A stretch of DNA of 64,000 nucleotides from an uncultured Synergistales bacterium (GCA_905233645.1 CAJODZ010000001.1:64357-128356), one strand, 5' to 3'. Positions 1-9,403 are shown, counted from the stretch's first letter. Notes: generated by a model from the sequence alone, not told the origin. Numbers and translations: made by a program.

Positions 1-57
1 AGTAGTTTTGCCCACGCCGCCTTTACGGTTTATAACAGCTACAGCTATTTTTGACAT
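1..57 (-). CDS. ParA/MinD-family P-loop ATPase, first 19 codons only (gene runs off the window start)
   Basis: Reverse complement of 1-57 reads MSKIAVAVINRKGGVGKTT, containing the deviant Walker A KGGxGKT typical of ParA/MinD/Mrp ATPases. A GGAAG Shine-Dalgarno-like sequence lies upstream on the minus strand. Confidence 0.55.
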   Translation of the reverse strand, partial: MSKIAVAVINRKGGVGKTT

Positions 58-132
58 TATTAAAAAATCTTCCTTTCATTCGTTCGTTCGTTCATAAATA
101 AAATTCTAAATAATATTATATGAGTTAAAAAA

Positions 133-876
133 TTATTTCATGGCCATAAAAACGGAAATTAACACTAAAATCATACCTGCTAAATTTCCGGCACTAACGC
201 TTTCATGATAAAGTATATAGCCAAGAATTACAGCCGTTACGGGTTCGATTGACGCAATAACAGGAACTTTGCTCGTGTCTGAAACTTTTTTAATGCCAGC
301 ATAATAAAATAAATACGCTAAACAAGTCGGGATTAAACCATATAAAAAGCCAATGCCTAAAACACGGCTTTCAAAAAATATTTCCGGTTGAGTAAATACG
401 AATAAAAATATCATCGCCGCAAAATAACTGTACAAACTTATTAAAAGAGAATTAGTTTTTTCGCCGGCCATTCTTCCGATTACCGCAACCATTCCGTAAC
501 AAAAACCAGAACCAATCCCGAAAAGCACACCCGAAATTTTTATACTAGCATTAAAAATATTGCCGCCAGTCGCCGTTAAAATGCAACCTAAAATATTTAT
601 TATTAACGCAAGAATTTTAAAGCCCGTAAATTTTTCATGAAAAAATATTTTTGCTCCCAACGCCGTAAAAACCGGAGCTGAATACATTAACACCGCCGCT
701 ATTGCCATACCGTTTAGCTTAATCGAATTTATATAAAAAATATTAAACAGGCCATGACATAACAAACCTAATAGCAAACATGTTAATAAAGTCTTTTTAT
801 CGCGGATTAAAATATTTTTGCCGAACTTGAAAATACAAATAACAAGCATTATTAAAAATGCAAATGTCATTCTCAA
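133..876 (-). CDS. EamA/DMT-family transporter; the N-terminus is probably missing from this ORF (see frameshift finding)
   Basis: The 247-aa product is polytopic and hydrophobic with two EamA-like halves. The same frame stays open upstream (…GCSIGFFVKTLNILGADTSYTGFLR) without a start codon. An ATG at 965 sits in another frame. Confidence 0.75.
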   Translation of the reverse strand: MRMTFAFLIMLVICIFKFGKNILIRDKKTLLTCLLLGLLCHGLFNIFYINSIKLNGMAIAAVLMYSAPVFTALGAKIFFHEKFTGFKILALIINILGCILTATGGNIFNASIKISGVLFGIGSGFCYGMVAVIGRMAGEKTNSLLISLYSYFAAMIFLFVFTQPEIFFESRVLGIGFLYGLIPTCLAYLFYYAGIKKVSDTSKVPVIASIEPVTAVILGYILYHESVSAGNLAGMILVLISVFMAMK

Positions 877-974
877 AAAGCCGGTATAACTCGTGTCAGC
901 ACCTAAAATATTTAAAGTCTTTACGAAAAATCCAATGCTGCACCCGATATAAAAATTGCAAGCATGATTAAATT

Positions 975-1589
975 TTAAATTCCCAGTCCCGTAAAACCTC
1001 TTACGCCTAATATAAATTTCATGACTTTTTTATAATCTTTCGTACGGTTAGCGTCAACACCTGTATTAACATCAACAGCAAAAGGCTGAGGTTTTAATAT
1101 AAGAGCTTTAGGATAATTTTCAGGATTTAAACCGCCTGATAAAAAATATGGTCTGTCGACGGGCTTAATCATTGACCATTCAAACGCTGTCCCCTCGCCT
1201 CCGTCTAACATAATATAATCAGCCGACGAGTGAGTTGCTCTGTCTGTATCAATCATGCGTTGTATTCTGAATGATTTTATGACTGGAATGCCGATAGTTG
1301 GTTTTAAAGCGTTAATATATTTTTCGGATTCGTTACCGCTTAACTGCACCATGTCTAATTTAGCTGTTTTAATGCATTGTACAACTGTTTCGATATGCTC
1401 ATTAACAAAAACACCAACGGCAATAATTCCGCTTTTTAATTTTGATTTTAGAAAGCCTGCGTGTTCGGGAGCAATAAATTTAGAGCTGTGAGGGTCAAAA
1501 ATAAAGCCTGCATAATCCGGGCGAAGCTCGTTAATAATTCCTATTTCAGTCTCACTTTTGAGGCCGCATATTTTAATCTTTACTGCCAT
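975..1589 (-). CDS. trpF: Phosphoribosylanthranilate isomerase
   Basis: MAVKIKICGLKSETEI…DYAGFIF…SSKFI shows the typical TrpF N-terminal KICG and GFIF…S-(K/R)-FI motifs. The 204-aa length also fits. Confidence 0.85.
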   Translation of the reverse strand: MAVKIKICGLKSETEIGIINELRPDYAGFIFDPHSSKFIAPEHAGFLKSKLKSGIIAVGVFVNEHIETVVQCIKTAKLDMVQLSGNESEKYINALKPTIGIPVIKSFRIQRMIDTDRATHSSADYIMLDGGEGTAFEWSMIKPVDRPYFLSGGLNPENYPKALILKPQPFAVDVNTGVDANRTKDYKKVMKFILGVRGFTGLGI

Positions 1590-1630
1590 TGAATTTAATC
1601 ACCTGAATTTAAAAATAAAAAGATTATACT

Positions 1631-1661
1631 AAAAAACAACTCCCCTGAAAAAACAGAGGAG
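1631..1661 (-). terminator. Rho-independent terminator downstream of the 1691-2890 gene
   Basis: The minus strand reads CTCCTCTG-TTTTTT-CAGGGGAG followed by TTGTTTTTT. Confidence 0.5.
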
Positions 1662-1690
1662 CTTTTTAGAATTATACCGCTTAAAAAATT

Positions 1691-2890
1691 TTAGAGCGTC
1701 TTAGTTTTTAATAACATTTTTTCGCGATTAAGAGGTTTTATATTTTCGACAATCCAATCGCGCATAATTTGACCTTCTTGAGTGTCCTGTGAAGCGGATA
1801 AAAATTTTAATTCAACGCCTAATTTTTCAGCAACATCATTCGCTAACAACGGCCAAACTTTTCCGATATCACCAATTATAGGCAAACTGCCTTCATGACG
1901 CGCAAAAGCTGACATTTCCATTCTGAACGGAATTTTTGCGGCCTTAGTCTTGGGTAAACCTTTATCGATTGCTTCCTGAACGGTATTATTTAATTCGACG
2001 GCGCGGCGTAAATTTTCGTCTAAGTCAATTCTAATTAAAGTTTTGTCGCGCAAGTTATAAGTATTTTGACCAGACCACCAAGCCCAAATTCCATGACCCG
2101 TATAACATTCAAAAGGCCCGTCGTGAATTTCCTGCGTTAAAGCTACGGCACTCTCGATAATTACATCACAGGACGCAAGCATTTTAGAAATTCTCATTGA
2201 ACGTTCAGACACAGGGACGCTATCGCCGATTGACATTCCAACAGCACCGCCGCCGACAAGTTGAGGAATAGTAACAAGAACAGGAACATTTTTCAAACTG
2301 GCCGCACCTAACATCGTTCTTTCATCGCAACCCAAACCGGCAATCTGTTCAAACGTAAGCCCATACATTTTTGCAAGCGATAAAATTTCGAGCGCAAGCC
2401 TTTCAGTCCTTAAACCCATAGGATAGGCCATATTACCAGCGGCTTTTATAATCTCATTAACGTGTTCGAGGGCATTACCTTTTTTAATTAAGTCGAAATC
2501 TAAAGGTAACTCTCGGTTTAATTTTTCTAATTCGTCATCAGTCAGGCAGGTAAATTCAAAAACATCACCACGCGGCATTTTTGACATATCCATTCCCAAT
2601 TTTTGAGCGTCAACACGAAAAACTCTATCAAGCGCACCGGCCATTTCGTGAGCTATAACGGCTGAACTTGTAGAAACAGCGTCAACAATTCCAGCACGAA
2701 TTAAATCAGCTATTAAAGTCGTAACACCTTCATGAATGTTGGGTCCGCTGCCGGTAACGACCATAACTTTCCCGCCGCGTTTTTTAGTCTCAACAATTTT
2801 TTCGACAGCAGCATTTAATTTTTCAAGAGAGCGTTCATCGAGGGACGACCTAAAATTTTCAAGCTGCGATTTTCCAAACAGAGTATCCAA
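1691..2890 (-). CDS. Conserved protein with a deoxyhypusine-synthase-like (DHS-like NAD-binding fold) N-terminal region; function unknown
   Basis: The 399-aa ORF contains GGKVMVVTGSGPNIHEGVTTLIADLIRAGIVDAVSTSSAVIAHE. This resembles the DHS-family segment (SNxISSGxRE…VDxxVTTxG) only loosely. Confidence 0.4.
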   Translation of the reverse strand: MDTLFGKSQLENFRSSLDERSLEKLNAAVEKIVETKKRGGKVMVVTGSGPNIHEGVTTLIADLIRAGIVDAVSTSSAVIAHEMAGALDRVFRVDAQKLGMDMSKMPRGDVFEFTCLTDDELEKLNRELPLDFDLIKKGNALEHVNEIIKAAGNMAYPMGLRTERLALEILSLAKMYGLTFEQIAGLGCDERTMLGAASLKNVPVLVTIPQLVGGGAVGMSIGDSVPVSERSMRISKMLASCDVIIESAVALTQEIHDGPFECYTGHGIWAWWSGQNTYNLRDKTLIRIDLDENLRRAVELNNTVQEAIDKGLPKTKAAKIPFRMEMSAFARHEGSLPIIGDIGKVWPLLANDVAEKLGVELKFLSASQDTQEGQIMRDWIVENIKPLNREKMLLKTKTL

Positions 2891-2952
2891 ATTTAAAAAC
2901 CTCCTCTACTCCATTTTAAAAATTATTATCACACAAAATTAAAAATATTTAA

Positions 2953-4005
2953 TCAACACTTATCTTCGCGGCCATTCTCTTTTAAATATTTAACAACGTT
3001 GCGAACGTCCTGAGAATTTCCGCGCTTAGTTATAAAAATTGCTTCCGGAGCGTCAATAACAACTAAATCGTCAACGTTATTCAAAACAATTAACTTACTT
3101 TGAGCGTAAATATAATTATTTTTGCCGTTGAGATTTATAACGTCGCCGCTAAAAGTATTATTGCTCTCATCATGAGGCAGTATGTCATGCAAAGCGTCCC
3201 ATGAGCCAACGTCTGACCAGCCGGAATTTATTAACGGAACGAACGCGACTTTAAGAGCTTTTTCCATTACGGCATTGTCGAACGAAATATTTTTTACATT
3301 AGCAAAATCACGCCTCAAATTTCCGGATTTTAAAACGTCGTATAGTTCTTTGTCTGCGTGTTCTAATTCACGGAACAATGAGGAGATTTTAAAGATAAAA
3401 ATTCCACCGTTCCAAAAATATGCGCGGCTTTGATAATAATTAAGTGCTGTTTTTAAATCGGGTTTTTCAACAAATTTTTCAGCCTCATAAAAACCGCCGT
3501 CGAATTTTTTACCGCGTTTAATATATCCAAAACCTGTCTCAGGCCGTGTCGGTTCAATTCCTAATGTTGCAATAAAATCCTCTTGAGCCGCCTCAACCGC
3601 AATAGTCAAAGCCTCTATAAAAACTTTTTCATTCGTAATTGCGCCGTCGCTTGGTGTAACAATAACGATATCGTTTTCGCCCGCACCCTCTTTTAAAATT
3701 TGGTCGACTGCTAACAAAATTGCTGGAGCTGTTCCTCGTGCGCAAGGTTCTTCGATTAAAAAATTTTCCGAGACGTTAAAACTTTTGATTTGGTCGTTAA
3801 TTACATTTTTCCAACGTGAACCGCCTATAACTTTTAAATTTTCTGGTGTCGTAATATTTAAAAGACGTGAAGCCGTGTGTTGCAATAATGTTTTATCGCC
3901 GTATAAATTTAAAAATTGCTTAGGATAGCTCTCACGCGATAAAGGCCATAAACGTGTTCCGCTGCCTCCGCTTAAAATCATTCCGTAAATTTTATGTTCG
4001 CTCAT
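2953..4005 (-). CDS. Mannose-1-phosphate guanylyltransferase (nucleotidyltransferase domain only, no cupin/PMI domain)
   Basis: GMILSGGSGTRLWPLSRESYPKQFL is the canonical NTP-transferase signature of ManC/CpsB-type enzymes. Length is 350 aa. Confidence 0.85.
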   Translation of the reverse strand: MSEHKIYGMILSGGSGTRLWPLSRESYPKQFLNLYGDKTLLQHTASRLLNITTPENLKVIGGSRWKNVINDQIKSFNVSENFLIEEPCARGTAPAILLAVDQILKEGAGENDIVIVTPSDGAITNEKVFIEALTIAVEAAQEDFIATLGIEPTRPETGFGYIKRGKKFDGGFYEAEKFVEKPDLKTALNYYQSRAYFWNGGIFIFKISSLFRELEHADKELYDVLKSGNLRRDFANVKNISFDNAVMEKALKVAFVPLINSGWSDVGSWDALHDILPHDESNNTFSGDVINLNGKNNYIYAQSKLIVLNNVDDLVVIDAPEAIFITKRGNSQDVRNVVKYLKENGREDKC

Positions 4006-4031
4006 CTTTTTAAAATGCCTCCGTTAAAAAT

Positions 4032-4961
4032 TTAAAGTCCGCTTACTTGAGATTGAGTACCTTGTTTTAACATTTCGTGAATGCTCGTTGATAATAAAGG
4101 TATCGGGTCAACAAATTGGCCGCCTAAAATTAAACTGTAATGCAAATGAGGGCCGGTAACTCTTCCAGTGCTTCCGCTCAACGCTACGACTTGGCCTTTT
4201 GTAATTCGGTCGCCCTTTTTAACGTTAATTTGGCTTAAATGATAAAACGCAGTTATTACGCCGTTGCCGGAGTCTATAAAAACAGCTCCGCCCGTGTAAT
4301 AAAAGAACCCCGTTAAAACAACTGTCCCAGCAAACGGAGCGCGTACCTTTGTCCCGTTAGCAGCGCGAATATCAGCCCCATTATGACCGCTTCGAGGCAC
4401 ACCGTTATAAACTCTTTGCTTGCCGTAATGGCTTGTTAAATAAATATTGGTCAATGGCGGATTAGGCGGTGTCGTCCATTTTCTGGAAGTTGTCATCGTT
4501 CGTAAAGCGTTGGCCATAAGTTTGGACTCTTCGCGAATGCGGGCTAATTCTTTTTTAGGCGGATTTACCATTTTAGGACTAACGGTCAAATTTTCCTGCG
4601 GATATTCTTTAGGGCGCAATTTAATTGTTCCGGAGGCTTTGTATTTTTTCTTATTTTGGGTGAACTCGAACAAAATTTTATAATTGCCTGGTTTTACGTT
4701 GCGAACGTCTGAACCTAAAAGTCCGTACGAAATTTTACCTGCACCGCCTTGTTCGACGCTTAAATTTATAGTTCTGTTCATCCAAGTGACAACGGGATTA
4801 GAATAATCAACGGTTGAAGTAATCGAAATTGCAAAAGCCTGTCCAACGTCCCATTCAGCCGGAAAATTCACCCACGCCGCAGCAAATGCACACGCCGGAA
4901 TAAAAATAATATTACTAATTAAAAAAGCGATTACGGCCAAGAATTTTTTATTAAGTGTCAT
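4032..4961 (-). CDS. Secreted M23-family metallopeptidase
   Basis: An N-terminal signal/TM segment is present. The C-terminal region GHNGADIRA…GTKVRAPFAGTV…GPHLHYSL matches the HxxxD and HxH motifs of LytM/M23 peptidases. Confidence 0.8.
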   Translation of the reverse strand: MTLNKKFLAVIAFLISNIIFIPACAFAAAWVNFPAEWDVGQAFAISITSTVDYSNPVVTWMNRTINLSVEQGGAGKISYGLLGSDVRNVKPGNYKILFEFTQNKKKYKASGTIKLRPKEYPQENLTVSPKMVNPPKKELARIREESKLMANALRTMTTSRKWTTPPNPPLTNIYLTSHYGKQRVYNGVPRSGHNGADIRAANGTKVRAPFAGTVVLTGFFYYTGGAVFIDSGNGVITAFYHLSQINVKKGDRITKGQVVALSGSTGRVTGPHLHYSLILGGQFVDPIPLLSTSIHEMLKQGTQSQVSGL

Positions 4962-4970
4962 GAATTTTAA

Positions 4971-5777
4971 TTATTCTCCCAATTTTTTAATAAACTCACA
5001 AATTATATTTTCAAGTTTTGAGGCATTGTCGCGCATAATTTCTAAAACTTCCTCACCGCTTAATTTACGACCTTCAATTCCTGCGGCCATGTTAGCAACA
5101 CACGATAAAGCTCCTGTTTCAAGCCCCATAGAATTAGCGATTATAATTTCCGGAACTGTTGACATACCTGCTAAGTCAGCCCCTAAAATTTTTGCCATTC
5201 TAATTTCAGCTGGTGTCTCAAATGAAGGCCCACTAAACGCAGCGTAAACACCTTGTTTTAAATTTAATTCACTAAAAATTTTCAAGAATGCCGGACTGTA
5301 AGCGTAAGTCATATCCGGAAAATGTTCGTTCCATGAAAAATCCTCGTTGCCTCTTAAAGGATTATCGCCCATTAAATTTATATGGTCATTTATAGCAATG
5401 ATATCGCCTGATTTAAAATTCGGGTTAATTGCACCTGAAGCGTTTGTAGCAAGATATTTTTTAACACCTAACATCGCAAGCACTCTAACCGGAAATGTAA
5501 CCTCTTTTAAACTATAGCCCTCGTAATAATGCACTCGTCCTTGTAATAAAATAACTTCGCGATTAAAAAATTTACCGGCAATAACTTTTCCAGCGTGACC
5601 CGGAGCTGTTGAAACTGGCCAATTAGGAATTTTATCCGCGTCAATAATTATTTTGTCAGTCATATTTTCAGCAAGTCCGCCCAATCCAGAACCGGCAGTA
5701 ATTGCGAGCGTAGGAGTTTTAGTGATAAAGCCGCTTAAATAATTTTTAGCCTCGATAACTTTTTCATAATAACTCAT
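4971..5777 (-). CDS. punA: Purine nucleoside phosphorylase (trimeric PNP family)
   Basis: The motifs TAGSGLGGL, GHAGKV…QGRVHYYEGYS, TNASGAINP and GMSTVPE are characteristic of PunA-type PNP. Confidence 0.85.
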   Translation of the reverse strand: MSYYEKVIEAKNYLSGFITKTPTLAITAGSGLGGLAENMTDKIIIDADKIPNWPVSTAPGHAGKVIAGKFFNREVILLQGRVHYYEGYSLKEVTFPVRVLAMLGVKKYLATNASGAINPNFKSGDIIAINDHINLMGDNPLRGNEDFSWNEHFPDMTYAYSPAFLKIFSELNLKQGVYAAFSGPSFETPAEIRMAKILGADLAGMSTVPEIIIANSMGLETGALSCVANMAAGIEGRKLSGEEVLEIMRDNASKLENIICEFIKKLGE

Positions 5778-5829
5778 TCAAAAATCACCTCTTATAAAAG
5801 ATTTAATTACGCCTAATTCTAACAGAGAT

Positions 5830-5865
5830 AAAAAAATTCCCCTTGATTTCAAACACATCAAGAGG
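5830..5865 (-). terminator. Rho-independent terminator after guaA
   Basis: The minus strand reads CCTCTTGAT-GTGTTTGAA-ATCAAGGGG followed by AATTTTTTT. Confidence 0.55.
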
Positions 5866-5891
5866 ATTTTCATAATATATAGCGATTATAT

Positions 5892-7424
5892 TTATTCCCA
5901 TTCAATCGTTGCCGGCGGCTTTGAAGTTATATCAACAACTACACGATTAACGCCTTTGACTTCGTTGCAGATACGTTTAGAAATTTTATCGAGAGTGTTT
6001 AAATCAATTCTTGACCATTCGGCTGTCATAGCGTCTTTTGAATTTACAGCACGGAGCGCAACGACTTCGTCATAAGTACGGCTGTCGCCCATTACTCCGA
6101 CTGTGCGGACTGGTAACAAAACAGCGAACGCCTGCCAAATATCTTTAAATAATCCGGCGCGTTGTAATTCTTCTCTGAATATAAAATCAGCCTTACGCAA
6201 AATATCAAGTCTGTGTTCGTTTATCTCACCTAAACAACGAACAGCAAGACCTGGTCCCGGAAATGGTTGACGATTTACGATTTCATCAGGAACGTTAATA
6301 ATTTTGCCAATCACACGAACTTCATCTTTAAATAAATCGCGTAACGGTTCAAGTAATTTCAAATTCATTTTTTCAGGCAATCCGCCAACGTTGTGATGTG
6401 ATTTAATCGTTACTGCGCCTTTTTTGCCTTTCATACCGCTTTCAATAACGTCCGGATAAATTGTTCCTTGTAAAAGCCATTTTGCACCCTGAATTTTATT
6501 CGCTTCGGCATCGAAAACATCAATAAATAATTTCCCGATAATATGACGCTTTTTCTCAGGTTCAGTAACTCCGGCCAACGCTTTTAAAAATAATTCCGAA
6601 GCGTCAACGTATTTCACATTTAAGCCCAAATCTTTATACGAGTTCATTACGTCTTCAGGCTCGTTCAATCTCATAAGCCCATGGTCAACAAATACACATT
6701 GTAAACGGTCGCCAACAGCCTTATTGACAAGAGCAGCCGCAACACTGGAATCGACACCGCCTGAAAGTCCGCAAATAATTTTTTCGCCGCCCGTAATCTC
6801 TTGAATATGCCTGATTGTACTCTCGGTGAAATTTTCTAAATCCCAATCGCCCGAACATAAGCAAATTTTAAATACAAAATTCTTTAAAATCTCAATGCCA
6901 AATTCTGTGCTGTTAACTTCGGGATGAAATTGCAGGCCGTAAAAATTTTTAGAAGTGTTTTCAAAACCAGCCGTAATATTATTCTCAGTTGAGGCTGTAA
7001 TTCTAAAATCCTCAGGCAAATTCGCAACGTGGTCGCCATGACTCATTAAGACATTAATTTTTGCGGGTATACTTTGAAAAATTGCGCTGTCCTTAATTTG
7101 AATTTGAGTAACGCCGTATTCTTTGTGATTATCATTTGAAGCGACTTGGCCTCCGGACATTTTTGCGATTAACTGCATACCGTAACAAATACCCAAAATC
7201 GGACAAGGCATTTTTAAAATTTCAGGGTTAATTTTTATCGCGTCTGGTTCATTAACACTATCAGGGCCGCCGGAAATAATTATTCCGTTAGGATTTAAAT
7301 CGCTGATTTTATCGGGTTCGACGTCCCAAGCTAAAACGACGCTATGAATTTTTAATTCCCTTAGCCGTCGAGCGATAAGCTGTGTAAATTGAGAGCCGCA
7401 GTCTATAATAATTATATTTTGCAC
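5892..7424 (-). CDS. guaA: GMP synthase (glutamine-hydrolysing)
   Basis: Three elements are present: a class I GATase N-terminus (GICYGMQ), the ATP-PPase SGGVDSS motif, and a C-terminal dimerisation domain ending …PPATIEWE. Length is 510 aa. Confidence 0.95.
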   Translation of the reverse strand: MQNIIIIDCGSQFTQLIARRLRELKIHSVVLAWDVEPDKISDLNPNGIIISGGPDSVNEPDAIKINPEILKMPCPILGICYGMQLIAKMSGGQVASNDNHKEYGVTQIQIKDSAIFQSIPAKINVLMSHGDHVANLPEDFRITASTENNITAGFENTSKNFYGLQFHPEVNSTEFGIEILKNFVFKICLCSGDWDLENFTESTIRHIQEITGGEKIICGLSGGVDSSVAAALVNKAVGDRLQCVFVDHGLMRLNEPEDVMNSYKDLGLNVKYVDASELFLKALAGVTEPEKKRHIIGKLFIDVFDAEANKIQGAKWLLQGTIYPDVIESGMKGKKGAVTIKSHHNVGGLPEKMNLKLLEPLRDLFKDEVRVIGKIINVPDEIVNRQPFPGPGLAVRCLGEINEHRLDILRKADFIFREELQRAGLFKDIWQAFAVLLPVRTVGVMGDSRTYDEVVALRAVNSKDAMTAEWSRIDLNTLDKISKRICNEVKGVNRVVVDITSKPPATIEWE

Positions 7425-7461
7425 TAGAGAATTTGCCTCCTGTTTTTAAAAAAATTTCAAC

Positions 7462-7469
7462 TGTATAAT
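7462..7469 (+). promoter_or_regulatory. Candidate -10 element (TGTATAAT) for the S8 protease gene
   Basis: A perfect TATAAT at 7464-7469 is preceded by TG, about 40 nt upstream of the GTG start at 7510. No good -35 is present. Confidence 0.35.
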
Positions 7470-7509
7470 CATAAACCAGTTTTTAAATTGCTTAAAAGGA
7501 GTTTTTAAC

Positions 7510-9051
7510 GTGAAAAAATTTTTAACGGCCGTTTTAATTTTTACGCTTACGATTTTTAATTCATCATCATTATTCGCTGAACAGATAAATAATAATTTTA
7601 TAAGCGGTGATGTTTTAATCGTGCTTAAGCCAGACACAGCCAACGTTAAAATTTCAGCCGCTGATTTTAACATGGGGTCTGAAGCTTTTAGAGTTGCCAG
7701 CGTTGCTGTTAATCATGGTGCTTGGGTAAAAGAGACTTATCCTGAATTATCGGAAGCCGGTAACGAGACATTTGCGCTTTTACATTCAGACACTTTAACG
7801 ACTGAAGAGTTAATTCAAGAATTATCCGCGCGTCCTGATGTTTTAGCAGTAAGTCCGAATTACGAGGCTCGAATTGCGGCAACAACGAATGACCCAATAA
7901 CACCGAGTGACGATAGTGAACTTTGGGGTTTAAATTATATTAACGTTCAAGATGCATGGGATATCACAACCGGCTCGGATAAAATTTATATCGCAGTTAT
8001 TGACACTGGAATTGATTACACTAATCCTGATTTAACGGCAAACGTTGATGTTAGTTTAGCTAAAAATGTTTTGACTACAAATTCAAACGCACTCGATGAC
8101 AACGGACACGGGACACACGTTGCAGGAATAATCGGAGCTGAAGGTAATAATAATTTAGGGATTGTCGGCGTAAACTGGAACGTAACGATGATACCTGTAA
8201 AAGTTTTTGACGCAACCGGCAAAGGAAGTGTGTCAAATATAATACTTGGCTTAAATTATTTAGCTGAACTTTTAAATAATAATCCAAATATGAAAATGGC
8301 CGCAATAAATATGTCGCTTGAAATTTATGACAGTACAGCCCCTACATACAGCAATACTGTCCGTAATACTTTGTGGCGCGCTATGAAAGTCATTGACTTA
8401 ATGAACAGACCCGTAATAGTTGTCGCGGCAGGTAATTCAAATATAACAGTAGGGCAACCCTCATCAGACGGTTATGTTTATCCTGCGTCATTCCCCGGAT
8501 TAAATAATATGATTTCGGTCGGAGCGATAGACAGTAACGGGAATAAAGCGAGCTTTTCAAATTCCGGAGCTACGATTTCAGCACCTGGCGTTGATATTTT
8601 GAGCACATGGCTTCAAAGTTACACGAGTTATCACACAGACGACGGCGTAAGCGTTAAAAAAGAGAAGGGAACTTCAATGGCCGCGCCTTTTGTTTCTGGA
8701 GCAGCCGGACTTTTATTAGCATACGATAACACGCGGACGGCCTATCAACTTAAAACAGCGATACTTGACGGCGGAAATACTTCAAGTGTCAACACGGCCA
8801 GCGCGAGCGTTTTAAATATCAACACAGCTTTCACGTACCAAATTAACAATCCTAATTCAAGAAGCAAAGCCGCAACGACTGAGTACGATACAATTTTTGA
8901 AAATAATTCAAATCCTGATTACGATAACAGCAATATAAAAAGTTCATCAGGTTCAGGCGGTTGCAATTCAGGATTTAGCGTTTTGTGTTTTATAATTTTT
9001 GCGTCGTTATTATTTTCGGCCAGACTTGTAAAAAATAAGTTAAGCTGTTAA
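7510..9051 (+). CDS. Secreted subtilisin-like (S8) serine peptidase with a Synerg-CTERM-like C-terminal sorting signal
   Basis: The gene has a GTG start after an AAAGGAG RBS and encodes a signal peptide. The catalytic triad contexts are VIDTGID, HGTHVAGII and GTSMAAP. The C-terminus is SGSGGCNSG + hydrophobic helix + RLVKNK. Confidence 0.9.
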   Translation: MKKFLTAVLIFTLTIFNSSSLFAEQINNNFISGDVLIVLKPDTANVKISAADFNMGSEAFRVASVAVNHGAWVKETYPELSEAGNETFALLHSDTLTTEELIQELSARPDVLAVSPNYEARIAATTNDPITPSDDSELWGLNYINVQDAWDITTGSDKIYIAVIDTGIDYTNPDLTANVDVSLAKNVLTTNSNALDDNGHGTHVAGIIGAEGNNNLGIVGVNWNVTMIPVKVFDATGKGSVSNIILGLNYLAELLNNNPNMKMAAINMSLEIYDSTAPTYSNTVRNTLWRAMKVIDLMNRPVIVVAAGNSNITVGQPSSDGYVYPASFPGLNNMISVGAIDSNGNKASFSNSGATISAPGVDILSTWLQSYTSYHTDDGVSVKKEKGTSMAAPFVSGAAGLLLAYDNTRTAYQLKTAILDGGNTSSVNTASASVLNINTAFTYQINNPNSRSKAATTEYDTIFENNSNPDYDNSNIKSSSGSGGCNSGFSVLCFIIFASLLFSARLVKNKLSC

Positions 9052-9066
9052 AATCTCTCGCGTGCT

Positions 9067-9141
9067 GCCGGCGTGGCTCAGTGGTAGAGCAGTGCACTCG
9101 TAATGCACAGGTCAACGGTTCAAATCCGTTCGCCGGCTCCA
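9067..9141 (+). tRNA. tRNA-Thr (anticodon CGU), CCA encoded
   Basis: A manual cloverleaf fits: acceptor GCCGGCG/CGCCGGC, D-arm GCTC…GAGC, anticodon stem GTGCA/TGCAC with loop CTCGTAA, T-arm AACGG-TTCAAAT-CCGTT, discriminator T, then CCA. Total length is 75 nt. Confidence 0.9.
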
Positions 9142-9203
9142 TAAATCTCCAAACGCATAACTTAAGACATAGAATAATCTTTTTTAGAATTTTGAATTAA
9201 AAT

Positions 9204-9237
9204 ACAGTTCCTTTTAAAATGGGAGCTGTTATTTTTT
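9204..9237 (+). terminator. Rho-independent terminator after tRNA-Thr, fused to repeat copy 1
   Basis: ACAGTTCC-TTTTAAAAT-GGGAGCTGT is followed by TATTTTTT. The T:G pair in the stem is a wobble only in the plus-strand RNA. Confidence 0.6.
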
Positions 9238-9330
9238 GCAACTACGTTTACAACTACAAAAAGCCTTTAAAAATTTAGCCGCCGTAAAATTTTACGAGAA
9301 CGTTTTAAAAAACAAAGTGTTAAATTTTTT
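9232..9330 (-). repeat. Intergenic ~100-nt dispersed repeat, copy 1 (reverse orientation)
   Basis: The reverse complement reads AAAAAATTTAACACTTTGTTT…GGCTTTTTGTAGTTGTAAACGTAGTTGCAAAAAA. It aligns over its full length with the copies at 10434, 28016, 36693, 45118, 54095 and 61421. Confidence 0.85.
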
Positions 9331-9403
9331 ATGAGCGTTATTAAAATAGCCGCATAATATTTTTAACGTATTTTTAATTATGACTAAACCCGTATTTTTA
9401 GAA

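Noticed and set aside
975-1589. Isolated trpF (and isolated aroD) as evidence of horizontally acquired genes
   Set aside because: Scattered aromatic-pathway genes are common in small or fermentative genomes. By eye, composition and codon style do not differ from the neighbours. Only the repeat bracketing of aroD is reported.
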